Positions 1-11,200 of a stretch of 64,000 nt of DNA are shown one piece after another. The translations under genes and the position numbers were made by a program. Source of the DNA: an uncultured delta proteobacterium (GTDB lineage: Bacteria; Myxococcota; UBA727; VGSZ01); contig CAVZJB010000016.1 in assembly GCA_963775425.1 (NCBI GenBank), positions 320,001 to 384,000 of the forward strand, in the 5' to 3' direction. Within the stretch, counting starts at the first letter, position 1. Each line of letters starts with the position of its first letter. The notes beneath the pieces were generated by a model that did not search any database, was not told the origin of the DNA, and saw only the letters and a list, made by a program, of their open reading frames with translations.

Positions 1-840
1 CTCGGGAAACAAGCGACGCGCGATGTCGCCGAGCAGGCGCGGCGGCGGGCGGCCGAGCTCCTCGAGGGCGCCGGCGGCACGATCGCGAAACGGCGCGGCT
101 TGCTCGGCGGACGCCAACCGCGCCACCGCCGGCGGCAGGCCGCGCGGCACCTCGGCGGCGGCGTCGACGACGAGGCCGTAGATCTCCGGCGGCGGCGCGC
201 CGAACACCTCGCGCAGCATGCCGGGCCCCGTGAGCACCATGCCGTCGAAGATCTCCGTCCCCGTAAGGCGCGGCGTCTCCGCGCGCACGCACGCGAGCGC
301 CCGCGGCAGCAACGTGAGCGCGCCGTCCCAGCCGACGATGGTGTCCGCGGGCCGCAGCGGGTGCAGCGCCTCGATGAGCTCCGCGGTGCGCACGCACACG
401 TCGAGCGCGACCTCCGCGGGCAGGAGCGCGCCCTCGGCGACGGTGGCGTCGACGATGGCGCGCAGGCGGACACCGGGGACGTCGGTGAGCACCGCGTACG
501 ACACGCCCGGGTCGTCGTCCTCGACGTCGACGGAGGCAGGAAACGCGGCGCCGTTCAGCACCACGCGCGCGACGCCCGGCCAGCCGCAGCCCATCCAGCC
601 GCGGGCGTCGTCGGCGATGGCGCGCTGCAGGGCGGCGACGTCGTCACCCTCGCGGAGGTCCGGGCGCGCGCAGAGGAGCATCACGACGCGGCCGCGGTCG
701 ACGCCGCGGTACACCTCCACCCAGGAGCTCTCGAACGGGCTCGCGCGGCGCCGGCCGCGGAAGCGCGTGAGCCTCTCGAAGACGCGGACGCCGTGGATGA
801 CGTCGTCGATGAGCTCGGGGGCGGCGAGGGCGTCGGTCAC
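1..840 (-). CDS. Ser/Thr protein kinase-like protein, probably a catalytically degenerate pseudokinase; runs off the window edge (3' partial)
   Basis: Not in the ORF track because there is no stop in the window. Manual translation from GTG at 840 gives MTDALAAPELIDDVIHGVRVFERL...WVEVYRGVDRGRVVML...PGVARVV...YAVLTDVPGVRLRAIV...LPAEVALDVCVRTAELIEALHPLRPADTIVGWDG. This follows the Hanks-kinase subdomain order, but canonical VAIK and HRD are absent. Confidence 0.6.
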   Translation of the reverse strand, partial: MTDALAAPELIDDVIHGVRVFERLTRFRGRRRASPFESSWVEVYRGVDRGRVVMLLCARPDLREGDDVAALQRAIADDARGWMGCGWPGVARVVLNGAAFPASVDVEDDDPGVSYAVLTDVPGVRLRAIVDATVAEGALLPAEVALDVCVRTAELIEALHPLRPADTIVGWDGALTLLPRALACVRAETPRLTGTEIFDGMVLTGPGMLREVFGAPPPEIYGLVVDAAAEVPRGLPPAVARLASAEQAAPFRDRAAGALEELGRPPPRLLGDIARRLFPE

Positions 841-853
841 GCGAGCCCCGCGG

Positions 854-1636
854 TCACGTGCCGGTGAAGGCGGCCTTGCGCTTTTCCAGGAACGCCTTGA
901 TGCCCTCGTCGTGATCCGCCGTGCCGAACACGGCGCCGAACGCGCGCTGCTCGCGGGTGGCCGCGTGCACGAAGCGGTCGGCGTCGTCCTCGCGTAGGAG
1001 CTTCTTCACCATGGCGATGGCCCGCGGGCCCTTCTCGGCGATGGTGGAGGCGAGCTTCTTCACCTCGCCGGCGAGGTCGGCGGCGGGGACCACGCGGTTC
1101 ACGAGGCCGACGCGCAGCGCCTCGTCGGCCTTGAGCGTGGCCGCCGAGAAGATCATCTCCGACGCCATGGCGCGCCCCACCCGCCGCGGGAGGCGCACGG
1201 TGCCGGCGAAGCCCGGGAGCAGCCCGAGGTTGGTCTCCACGAGGCCGAGCCTGGCGGTGTCCGCCGCCCAGATGAAGTCGCAGGCGAGCGCGAGCTCGAG
1301 GCCGCCGCCGAGGGCGAAGCCGTTCACCGCCGCGATGACAGGGGCCTCGAGCGACTCGAGCGCGCGAAACACCTCGTGGCCGCGCCGGCTGAACGCCTCG
1401 GCCTTCTCCGGGGACAGGCTCTTCATCTCGGCGATGTCGGCGCCGGCGACGAAGGCCTTGTCCCCTGCCCCGGTGACGATCACCGCGCGCAGCCCGGCGC
1501 GGTTGAAGCTGTCCTCGACGGCGCGCGCGAGGTCGTCGAGGGTGGCGCGGTCGAGCGCGTTCAGGGCCTTCGGCCGGTTGACGGTGATCGTGCGGACGGG
1601 GCCGTCGTCGTCGACGAGCAGGGTCTCGTAGCTCAT
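854..1636 (-). CDS. crt: Enoyl-CoA hydratase (crotonase)
   Basis: MSYETLLVDDDGPVRTITVNRPKALNAL, AFVAGADI, AVNGFALGGGLELALACD. ATG at 1636 overlaps the stop of the upstream gene (ATGA). Confidence 0.93.
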   Translation of the reverse strand: MSYETLLVDDDGPVRTITVNRPKALNALDRATLDDLARAVEDSFNRAGLRAVIVTGAGDKAFVAGADIAEMKSLSPEKAEAFSRRGHEVFRALESLEAPVIAAVNGFALGGGLELALACDFIWAADTARLGLVETNLGLLPGFAGTVRLPRRVGRAMASEMIFSAATLKADEALRVGLVNRVVPAADLAGEVKKLASTIAEKGPRAIAMVKKLLREDDADRFVHAATREQRAFGAVFGTADHDEGIKAFLEKRKAAFTGT

Positions 1637-2019
1637 TTCACCTTCTCTCGGTTGAAGTGCGGGTTCTCGATGACGCCGAAGGCGTTGCCGAAGGGATCGA
1701 TGACGGTGGCGGTGACGATGCCGCCGCCGACGTCGTGCGGGGCCTCTTCGGCCTTGGCGCCGAGCTCCTCGAGGCGCGCCGTGGCCGCCTTGGCGTCGCC
1801 CACGCCCCAATACGCCGTGACGCCGCCGCGCCCGGGGGAGCTGGCGTCCGGGACGAGGCCGAGCTCGAAGCCGCCGACCTCGAAGCCGACGTAGAACGCC
1901 TCGTCGAAGTACGGCTGCTTGTCGAGGACCTGGGCGTACCAGGCCTTCGCCTTGTGGAGGTCGGGCGCGTGGTAGATCACGGTGCGCAACCCGCGCACCG
2001 ACGTCGCTGCATTCGTCAC
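1633..2019 (-). CDS. VOC / glyoxalase family protein
   Basis: LRTVIYHAPDLHKAKAWYAQVL...PHDVGGGIVTATVIDPFGNAFGVIENP. GTG at 2019 is preceded by GGAGAG. Confidence 0.88.
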   Translation of the reverse strand: MTNAATSVRGLRTVIYHAPDLHKAKAWYAQVLDKQPYFDEAFYVGFEVGGFELGLVPDASSPGRGGVTAYWGVGDAKAATARLEELGAKAEEAPHDVGGGIVTATVIDPFGNAFGVIENPHFNREKVK

Positions 2020-2054
2020 GGCTCTCTCCGGTCCGGAGACGTCGGGGCTCGACG

Positions 2055-2317
2055 TCAAGGCTTGATGTTGCACCCGTTGGCGGCGCCGCAGGTGTCGAGG
2101 TCGTCGAGCACCGCGCCGTCGGGGTTCGGTTGGCCCTGCTCCTTGTCGAAGGCGGCCTGCAGGTCATCGCACCCGGCGAACGACTGCTTCTCGCCGACGA
2201 CGGTGCAGTCGAAGCCGCACCCCGCCGACGCGCCCATGACGACGACGGCAGCCACCGCCACGCCCAGGCGGACCCACGAAGACGGCGAAAGAATCCTCTC
2301 GAACAATCGAACCCGGC

Positions 2318-2321
<4 letters not shown>
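2055..2321 (-). CDS. Small Cys-rich putative lipoprotein (88 aa)
   Basis: Hydrophobic stretch and lipobox-like ASAG-C, then four more Cys. ATG overlaps the hbd stop (ATGA). Confidence 0.65.
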
Positions 2322-3178
<857 letters not shown>

Positions 3179-3265
3179 GGCGCGGTGATGCGCGCGGGGC
3201 CGGCGCGCGTCAACCGGGACGAGGGCGCTTCGCCGGCGGCGGACGAGCGCCGCGCCACGTCGCGC

Positions 3266-4021
3266 TCATTGGACGGCGTCCCCGCCCACGCAGGTGCGTG
3301 CCACGTCGAGCTTGGGGGGGTTCGGCACAGGCGCCGTGGGCCCGTTCATGGCGATGTCCAGTTGGAGGGAGTCGCCCGAGGTGATGCCGCTGATGGTGAG
3401 CGCGACGGGATCGTCGAAGGAACCGAGCGACTGCACCTCGACGAGCCCTTCGAGGTAGCGGCTGGCGGCCGTGGTCTCGTCGTCGTTTTCGAGGTCGGCG
3501 GAGCCGTTGCCGTCGACGTCGGAGGCGACCAGGACGAGCGCCTGGACGTCGCCGGGGATCTCGATGGGGTCGCCGTGGGTGACCTTGTCGGTGAGGAGCT
3601 CGAAGACGCCGAACGGGTTGCCGTCGGCGTCGACGCAGCCGGCGCCGCCGAGGTCGTCGAACGTGGTGGCGCCCGGGAGCGCGAGCCACACGTTCACGTG
3701 GTGGTCGCCGACGCAGGCGCCGGCCGTGAGCCTCAGCTCGCACGACCACCACTCGCCGCGCGCGCTCCTGGACGCGTAGTCGACGTCGACGTCCTGCAGG
3801 TTCGTGCCCTCGACGCCGTCACGCTCCATCTTGCCCTTGAGCGAGAGCTGCTCGGACGGCGGCACGTTGGGACAGCCAGCCGTCGAGCCCGCCCCGACGA
3901 CAACGGCGACGAGCACGACCAGCGCGACCAGCGGCGGCTTGCCTGCCGCGGGGGGCGAGCCCCCGCGCCCCGGGGAAGCGGTCGAGGCTTCAGCGGCGGG
4001 CAATGACCGCCACCGCTTCAC
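3266..4021 (-). CDS. Hypothetical acidic lipoprotein (start uncertain)
   Basis: Hydrophobic LVALVVLVAVVVG followed by STAG-C. The Asp-rich mature region has DVDGNG and DADGNP motifs. Codon usage is typical for the window. Confidence 0.65.
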   Translation of the reverse strand: MKRWRSLPAAEASTASPGRGGSPPAAGKPPLVALVVLVAVVVGAGSTAGCPNVPPSEQLSLKGKMERDGVEGTNLQDVDVDYASRSARGEWWSCELRLTAGACVGDHHVNVWLALPGATTFDDLGGAGCVDADGNPFGVFELLTDKVTHGDPIEIPGDVQALVLVASDVDGNGSADLENDDETTAASRYLEGLVEVQSLGSFDDPVALTISGITSGDSLQLDIAMNGPTAPVPNPPKLDVARTCVGGDAVQ

Positions 4022-5162
4022 CGCCGCCGATGCACAAGGAGGCGCAGCCGACGTGCTTGTCGAGGTGCTTCATCTGCGACAGCAGCGTGGTGAAGATGCG
4101 CGCGCCCGAGGCGCCGATGGGGTGGCCGAGGGCGACGGCGCCGCCCCAGATGTTCACCTTGTCGTGCGCGAGGCCGAGCTGCTTCATGGTCACCATGGTG
4201 ACCACGGCGAACGCCTCGTTGATCTCGTAGAGGTCGACGTCGCCGGCCTTGAGCCCCGCCTTCTTGAGCGCCTTGTCGATGGCGCCGGCGGGCGCCGTGG
4301 TGAACTGCGACGGGTCCTTGGCGTTGGTGCCGTCGGCGACGAGGGTGCACAGCGGGGTGAGCCCGCGCTTTTTGGCCTCGTCCTCGCTCATCAGCACGAG
4401 CGCGCACGCGCCGTCGTTGATCTTGGAGGCGTTGGCCGCCGTCACCGTGCCGTCCTTGCCGAAGGCCGGCTTGAGCGCGCCCATCTTCTCGGGCTTGTAG
4501 CGGCCGGGCTCCTCGTCGTCGGCGACGGTGCTCACCGCCTTGCCCGCAGGCACCTCGACGGCGACGATCTCGCCCTTGAACAGCCCCTGCTCCTGCGCCG
4601 CGAGGGCGCGCTCGTAGGAGGTCCTCGAGAACGCGTCCTGCGCCTCCCGCGAGAAGTCGTTCTCGCGCGCGCACAGGTCGCCGAAGTTGCCCATGTGCGA
4701 GTTGCCGTACGGGTCCCACAGGCCGTCGTGGATCATGGAGTCGACGACGGTCTGGTTGCCCATGCGCATCCCGTTTCGAGCCGTCGGGAGCAGGTACGGG
4801 GCGTTCGACATGGACTCCTGGCCGCCGCACACGACGATCTCTGCGTCGCCGAGGGCGATGGCCTGGCGCGCGAGCATCACCGACTTGAGCCCGCTGCCGC
4901 ACACCTTGTTGATGGTGGTGCACGGCACGCTCGTCGGCAGGCCCGCGCCGAGGGCCGCCTGCCGCGCCGGCGCCTGGCCGACGCCGCCGGTGAGGACCTC
5001 TCCGAAGATGACCTCGCTGACGTCAGCGCCGGCCACCTTGACGCGCTCGAGCGCGGCCTTGATGGCGACGGCGCCGAGCTTGGGCGCCGGCAGGGGGGCG
5101 AGGGCGCCCTGGAACGAGCCGATGGGGGTGCGGACCGCGCTGACGACGACGACCTGACGCAT
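3990..5162 (-). CDS. atoB: Acetyl-CoA C-acetyltransferase (thiolase)
   Basis: MRQVVVVSAVRTPIGSF; NKVCGSG (catalytic Cys); NEAFA; GHPIGASG; CIGGG. GGAGG precedes ATG at 5162. Confidence 0.95.
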   Translation of the reverse strand: MRQVVVVSAVRTPIGSFQGALAPLPAPKLGAVAIKAALERVKVAGADVSEVIFGEVLTGGVGQAPARQAALGAGLPTSVPCTTINKVCGSGLKSVMLARQAIALGDAEIVVCGGQESMSNAPYLLPTARNGMRMGNQTVVDSMIHDGLWDPYGNSHMGNFGDLCARENDFSREAQDAFSRTSYERALAAQEQGLFKGEIVAVEVPAGKAVSTVADDEEPGRYKPEKMGALKPAFGKDGTVTAANASKINDGACALVLMSEDEAKKRGLTPLCTLVADGTNAKDPSQFTTAPAGAIDKALKKAGLKAGDVDLYEINEAFAVVTMVTMKQLGLAHDKVNIWGGAVALGHPIGASGARIFTTLLSQMKHLDKHVGCASLCIGGGEAVAVIARR

Positions 5163-5233
5163 GGAGGCCTCCTGCGATGGCGGTAACACCCGGGCTCCCC
5201 CGGGGCAACGTCCGCGGGAGCGCGCGCCGGGGG

Positions 5234-8200
5234 CTAGCTCGACAGGCCGTGCTGGCGGCGCAGGAGCCAGGCGTTGTCGCGCGCCGCGAACGCCGCCAGC
5301 TCGAGGCCGCGCGAGCTGCCCTGCAGGATGGAGGCGGCGCGCTGCGGCGGCTCGCGCATCAGGGAGGGCAGCGCGCCCGCGTGCAGCGTGGCGACGACGG
5401 AGCCGCTCACCACCAGGGCGAAGCGATCCGCCGCGCGCTGCAGGATGCTCATGGTGCCCGCGATGTCGGCGCTGTTGGCGACGGCCTGGTGGGCGAGGCC
5501 GCGGGCGACGCGCAGCTCGTCCTCGCGCAGGCGCGAGAGCATGCGTTGGCCGTGGGCGTCGGGGGCGTTGCCGAAGGCGTTCCTGATGATGTTCACGAGC
5601 GCGACGTCGTCGCCGGGCTTCAGGATCTCGGGCAGCACGGCGCCGAGACGGACGATGCCGTAGGCGCGCGCCACGCCCGCGAGGAGGGCGGTGTCGCCGA
5701 GGCTCAGGAGGTCGAGCGGCAGCACCACCGCCGGCGCCGCTCCCGGGACCACCGTGAGCCGATCGACGTTGCCGACGAGGACGCGGAAGGGCCTCCCGGC
5801 CAGGATGCGCTCGAGGCGGTCGAGCGCCAGCGCCCCGCGCGGGCTCTTTTCGTGGAGCGGGACGGCGTCGGCGGGGGGCGCGGCGTCGCCGAAGACCGTC
5901 TCCGCGGCGGCGCCGAGCACCGCGAGGAGCTGCTGCATCGGCCCGTTCCAGCCCGTGGGCGCCATGCGCGCCTGGATGGACTCGGCGTCGAGGGGCGAGA
6001 GCTGGGGTCGCTCGTCGAGGAGGTTCTTGTTGATCTCCTGCGGCACACCCTTGCCCCGCAGGATGCTCTCCACCGCGCGCATCGCGCGCGCGCGCTCGCC
6101 CTGCTGCTGGCTCTCGGCGAGGTCGGCGGCGAGGGCGAACACGCGCGCGTCCGACGGCGTGCGCCGAAGGAGCTGGAGGATCCCCGTGACGGCGTGCGAC
6201 GCGAGCCGCGGGATCTGCGCGTACATGCGGGTGAGGTCGAGGCGGACCTCGACGTCCTCTGCGTCGGCCTGGTGCGCCTGGTACAGCAGACCCGCGGCGC
6301 GGTCGAGGTCGACGAGGCGCTCCTTGGCGACCTGCGCCGCCGCGCGCGCCAACTGCTTGATCTCGACGGGGTCGGTGGCGCTCTTCAAGCGGTTGTCGAC
6401 GAGGTCGACGAGCCGCTGCGGCTGGTTGCCCTTCTCCGCCGCCTCCACGCCGAGCTGCAGCAGCTCGAGGTCCGCGGCCCCCTGCGCCACGGCCTGCTCC
6501 ACGAGGTCGAGCGCGGTCTTGGGGTCGTTCTCGGAGAGGTTGGCGCGGACCTGCAGGTGCAGCGCGTTGAAGCCGTGCTTGGCCGCGCGGTCCGAGTCCG
6601 ACGTCATCGTCTGCGTGCTGGTGATCTCGGGCGGGTCGGACGCGGTGGCCGCGACGCCGGGCGGCGGCGGCGGCGGCTTGAGCCCCACCTTCTTCATCAC
6701 GGCGCGGTCGCCGCTTTGCTGCGCCCACGCCTCCGCCTGCTCGCGGAAGCGCTGCTCGCCCGTCTCGCGGCGCAGCTCGATGAGCACCTCGACGGCGTCG
6801 GCGACGCGGCCGCCGTTGTGCAGGCTCTGCGCGCGGCTCTCGAGCGCCTTCATGCGGGCGGCGCCGACACGCGTCGACGCCAGGCGGCGCCAGACCTCGG
6901 CGGCCTCGAGGTGCTTGCCGCTCTCGTCGCGGGCGACGGCGACCACCTCGAGGACCTGGACGTTGGCCGGGTCGAGCTCGAAGGCGCGCTCGGCGGCGAC
7001 GACGGCCTCGTTCCAGCGCGACAGGCGCCCGCGCAGGTTGGCGAGCTCGACGTACGCCTGCGCGGCGCGCACGGGGTCCTCGCGCGCGGGGATGGCCGAC
7101 GTGAGCGCCTCGAGCGCGAGCTCGGCGGCGTCGTCGTCCTTCTTCTGGAGCGCGAGCTTGACCAGCATCTCCAGGGCGTCCTGGTGCTTGGCGTCGAGGC
7201 GCAGCACGGCCCGCAAGCGCTCCTGGGCGTCGTCGCGGCCGAGGGCGTAGGCGCAGCGGGCGCGGCGGTAGACGAGGTCGACGGGATCGCGCGGCCACTG
7301 CGCCGGTTGGATGCGGTCGAGGATCTCGAGGGCGCGCTCGTCGTCGCGGGCGGCCCAGGCGATGTCCGCGAGGCGGAGGAGCGCGGTGTTCTCGTCGGGG
7401 TCGACCGAGAGCGCCTCCTCGAAGGTCTCGCGCGCGAGCTGCTCGTTGCCGAGCTCGTCGAGGACGAAGGTCCCGAGCTCGCCCAGGCGGCGCGCGCGCT
7501 CGCTGCCGAAGTGCTCGCGGTCGAGGCTGCGCGCCCACGCCGACAGCAACGGCAACAGCGGCTGGAGCTTCCGCTTGCGCGTGTAGACGTCGCGCACCAC
7601 GCGCAGGGAGTCCGTGTCGCCGGGCTCGAGGGCGAGGAGCTGCTCGAGGCAGGCGACCTGTCCGTCGTCGTCGCCGCCCTTCTGCCGCGCACGCGCCTCC
7701 TTCTTCAGGAGCGTCGCCTGGCGCTTCTTGTCGTCGCTGGCGAGCCGCGCCTCCTCGAGGGTGAGCGCGAAGTGCGGCGTGCCGTCGGCGAGGTCGATCA
7801 GGCGATCCCACGCCTTGGCCGAGGTCTCCGGATCGCGGCTCGCCTTGATGAACGCCTCGCGGGCGCCGTCGCGGTCGCCGCTGATGAGGAGGCCGTCGCC
7901 GCGCACGAGCTGCAGGATGCCCGGCAGCTCCCGCGCGCCGCCCTGCTCCGCGCGCTCGATGAGCGCAGGCACGCCGTCGACGTGGCCGCCGCGCACAAGG
8001 AGGCGCGCCTTGAGCACGAGGGTGTCGGCGTCGTCGGGGTCGATCTCGAGCGCGCGATCGACCGTGGCCTCGGCCGCCTTGAGGTCCTGGAAGCGGTCGG
8101 CGTCGAGCACGGCGATCTCCCGCATGCGCGCCTTCTGGAAGTCCTTCTTGCCGGCGAAGTCGGCGGCGCGGAACAGCGCGGCCCGGAGCGGGCCCCAGGT

Positions 8201-11200
8201 GCCCTCGCGCTCCGCATCGACGCGCATGGCGTCGAGCGCGCCCTCGTGGTCCGGGACGAGCTCGAGGACCCGGTGGATGGCCTTGCGCGCGCCGACGTCG
8301 TCCTCGAGCTTTTCGCGGCGGAGGTCGGCGCGCTCCATCCACATGGTGGCCTGCGCGAACGGGTCCGGCTCGAGGTCGATCTCGCGGCCGAGGAGCTGAT
8401 CGACGTCGGCGAAGCGGCCGTGGGCGCGGTGCCAGGCGGCGGCGACGGCGAGCACGCGGTGGTCGATGACGCCGTCGGCGATGGCGGTCTCGGCGAGCGG
8501 CCCGGCGCGCTCGAGGTCGCCGAGGGACGCGAGCAGGCACGCGGCCTCGCGCGCCGCCGGCCCCACCGCCATCGGCGGCAGCCCCGGGATCTTGGCGGCG
8601 CTCTCGTAGGCCAGGGCGGCGTCGAGGACGCGGCGGCCTTCGAGGTACCACTCGGCGAGCGCGAGGCGCGCGCCGACGTCGTGCGCGTCGGCGACGGCTT
8701 GCGCTTCGAGGAGCGCGATGGCGCTGTGCCGATCGGCGAGGCTCTCGGCGAGGAGGCGGGCGCGCTCGAGGGTGAGCACGCGGCGCCGCTGCGGCTCCTC
8801 GACGACGCCGAGCAGCAGCTCGAGCACTTTGGCGAGCGAGCCGGGCCCGCAGCGCTCGCGGGCGAGCGGCTCGGCGACGCCGAGCGCCTCCGCGTCGCCC
8901 TCGGCGGCGGCGGTGCACAGCGTGGCGACCGCCTCCTCGGCGTCCCCGGCGCCGAGCCAGGCGTCGGCGCCCGAGCGGCGGAGCGGCCCGCGCGCAGCCG
9001 GCTCGCGCTCGCGCGCGGCGTCGTCGAAGGCGCGCGCCGCCGACGCGAACAGCTCGCGCACGTCGCCGTCGTCGCCGCGGTCGTCGTCACCGGCGGCGCG
9101 CTCGGCGGCCCGCCCGGCGGCGGCCGCGGCGAGGGCGGCGAGGACGCGGGCGCGCTCCTCGAGCAGCGCCGCGTCGCCGGGGAGGACGGCGAGGGACTCG
9201 TCGACGGCGACGAGGGCCGCGTCGTTGTCCTTCAGGGACTCGACGAGGAGGCGCACGCGGCGCGCGACGGACTCGCTCTTCTCCGCGGGCTTCTCGGTGG
9301 TGGCGGCGACGGCGCCGAGGGCGTCGGCGACGTCCCGGTCGTCGCCGGCCATCTCTGCGAGCTGGAGCCACAGGCGCGCCGAGTCGACGTCGTCGGGGAC
9401 GATGGCGAACGCGCCGCGCGCGTCCTTCGACGCCGCCTGCAGCATCTCCTTTTGGCCGGCGCGCACGAGGGCGCGCTCGCGCAGGAGCCCCGCGCGCTCG
9501 ACGGCGTCGGGCGCGGCGCCGGCCATGCGGCCCAGGCTCTCGACGACGAGGTCGACGCGGCCGCCCTTCTCGGCGAGCTCCTGGATGTCGCGCTCGCGGG
9601 CCGCGTCGTAGCCGGCGAGCGCGGCGACGAGGCGCAGCAGGCCCGCGGCCTCGGCGAAGCGGTGCGCGTCGGCGTGGGCGCGGGCGCGGGCCTCGAGGTC
9701 GGCCGCGCCGGGCTCCTCGCGCACGGTCGCGAACATGCGGGGATCGAGCAAGCGCGCGAGGGCCCCGCGCGCGCCGCCGGCGCCACCGGGCGCGCTGCTC
9801 ACGGCGAGGAGCGCGGCGGCGGTGGCGCGCTGCGCGGCGGAGGGGCGGCGGCCGAGCGCCCGCAGCACGGCGCGGGCGTCGACGGCGCCTCCGGAGCCGG
9901 ACGCGGGGGACGCGTCGGCGCCGCTCAAGGCGCCGGCGAGGTCGGCGGCGGCGCCCCCTGTGGAAGCGCCCCCTGTGGAAGCGGCCCCCGTCGAAGCGGA
10001 GTCGAGGCCGTCGATCAGGCCCGGGAGGCCGCGGCGGGCGCCGTGGACCTCCTGGCGGAGCGCGGCCCCGGCGTAGCCCTTGTCGTCGAGCTCGTCGAAC
10101 GCGGCGACCAGCGCGCGGCGGCGGCCGGGATCGCCGAGCACCTCGTCGCTGACCGCGGCGGCGGCGATGGCGGCGATGCGCGCCGACGGCGTCGCCAGCT
10201 CCGGGTCCGCGGCGAGGCGCACCTCGATGGGCGCCTCCGACATCGGCACGCCCGCGCGGGCGAGCATGCGCGCGGCGGCGACGTCGTCCTTGTCGATGGC
10301 GGCGCGCGCGGCGAGGGCGCGCCACGCGACCTTGCGCTCGTCGGCGCTGCCGCGGCGGGCGCGCGCGAGCAGCGCGGGCGCGTCGAGCCCGAGCTCCTTT
10401 GGCTCCGCCGCCCGCCCCGCCTTGGCCTCCACCCAGGCCCGCGCCACATGCGGTGGCAGCATGCCGTCGCGCAGCCGGTGCGCGCGCGCGGCGTCGTCGA
10501 CGAGGTCGGCCGGCCAGGCGCCGCGGCCACGCAGCGCCAGCGCCACGGCGAAGTGCTGCTGCGCGCCGCCCGGGTGCATCGCGGCGAGCTGCCACGCGCG
10601 GTGGTCGGTGGGATCGGCGCGCAGGCGCCAACCCGCCACCGCGCGCGCGACGTCGGGCGCCGCCTGCGTCGCGAGGCCGAGCGCCGCCTCGACGTCGCCC
10701 TCGTCGGCCGTCACGAGCGCGGTGCGCACGAGCAGCGGAGCGCCGTCGCCGCCCGCCTGCGTGGCGACGTCGCGCGCGAGCGAGACGAGCTCGTCGTCCG
10801 CCTCCGCGAGCGGCGCCGCCAACAGCGCCTCCACCGCGCCGGGCACGTCGCCGGCGTCGAGGAAGAGCTGCGCCGCGCGCGTCGCCCGCCGGCCGCGCGA
10901 CCCCTCGTCGACGACGCCGCGCAGGAGCACGCGCGCGGCGTCGGCCGGGCGCCCGAGCACCGCCAGCGCGCTCGCGAGCTCCGAGCGGAGCGGCCAGGCG
11001 AGCGGCTCCGGCGGCGACGCGGCGTCCACAGGGGGCGTGGAGCCGCCGGCGTCATCGAGGGCGCCGAGGGCGTCGACGACGAGCGCGGCGTCGCCGCTCA
11101 TGACGAGGACGCCGACGGCCTCGGCGAGCCCCCGCGGGCCGGCCTCGACGAGCTTTTGGAACAGCCCGCGGCGCAACAGGAGCGGCCGCAACCAGAGCGC

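Noticed and set aside
3990-8918. 1,642-aa ORF suggesting a long N-terminal fusion to the thiolase
   Set aside because: The upstream part is Arg/Pro-rich off-frame read-through of the giant gene. The thiolase has its own SD and ATG at 5162.
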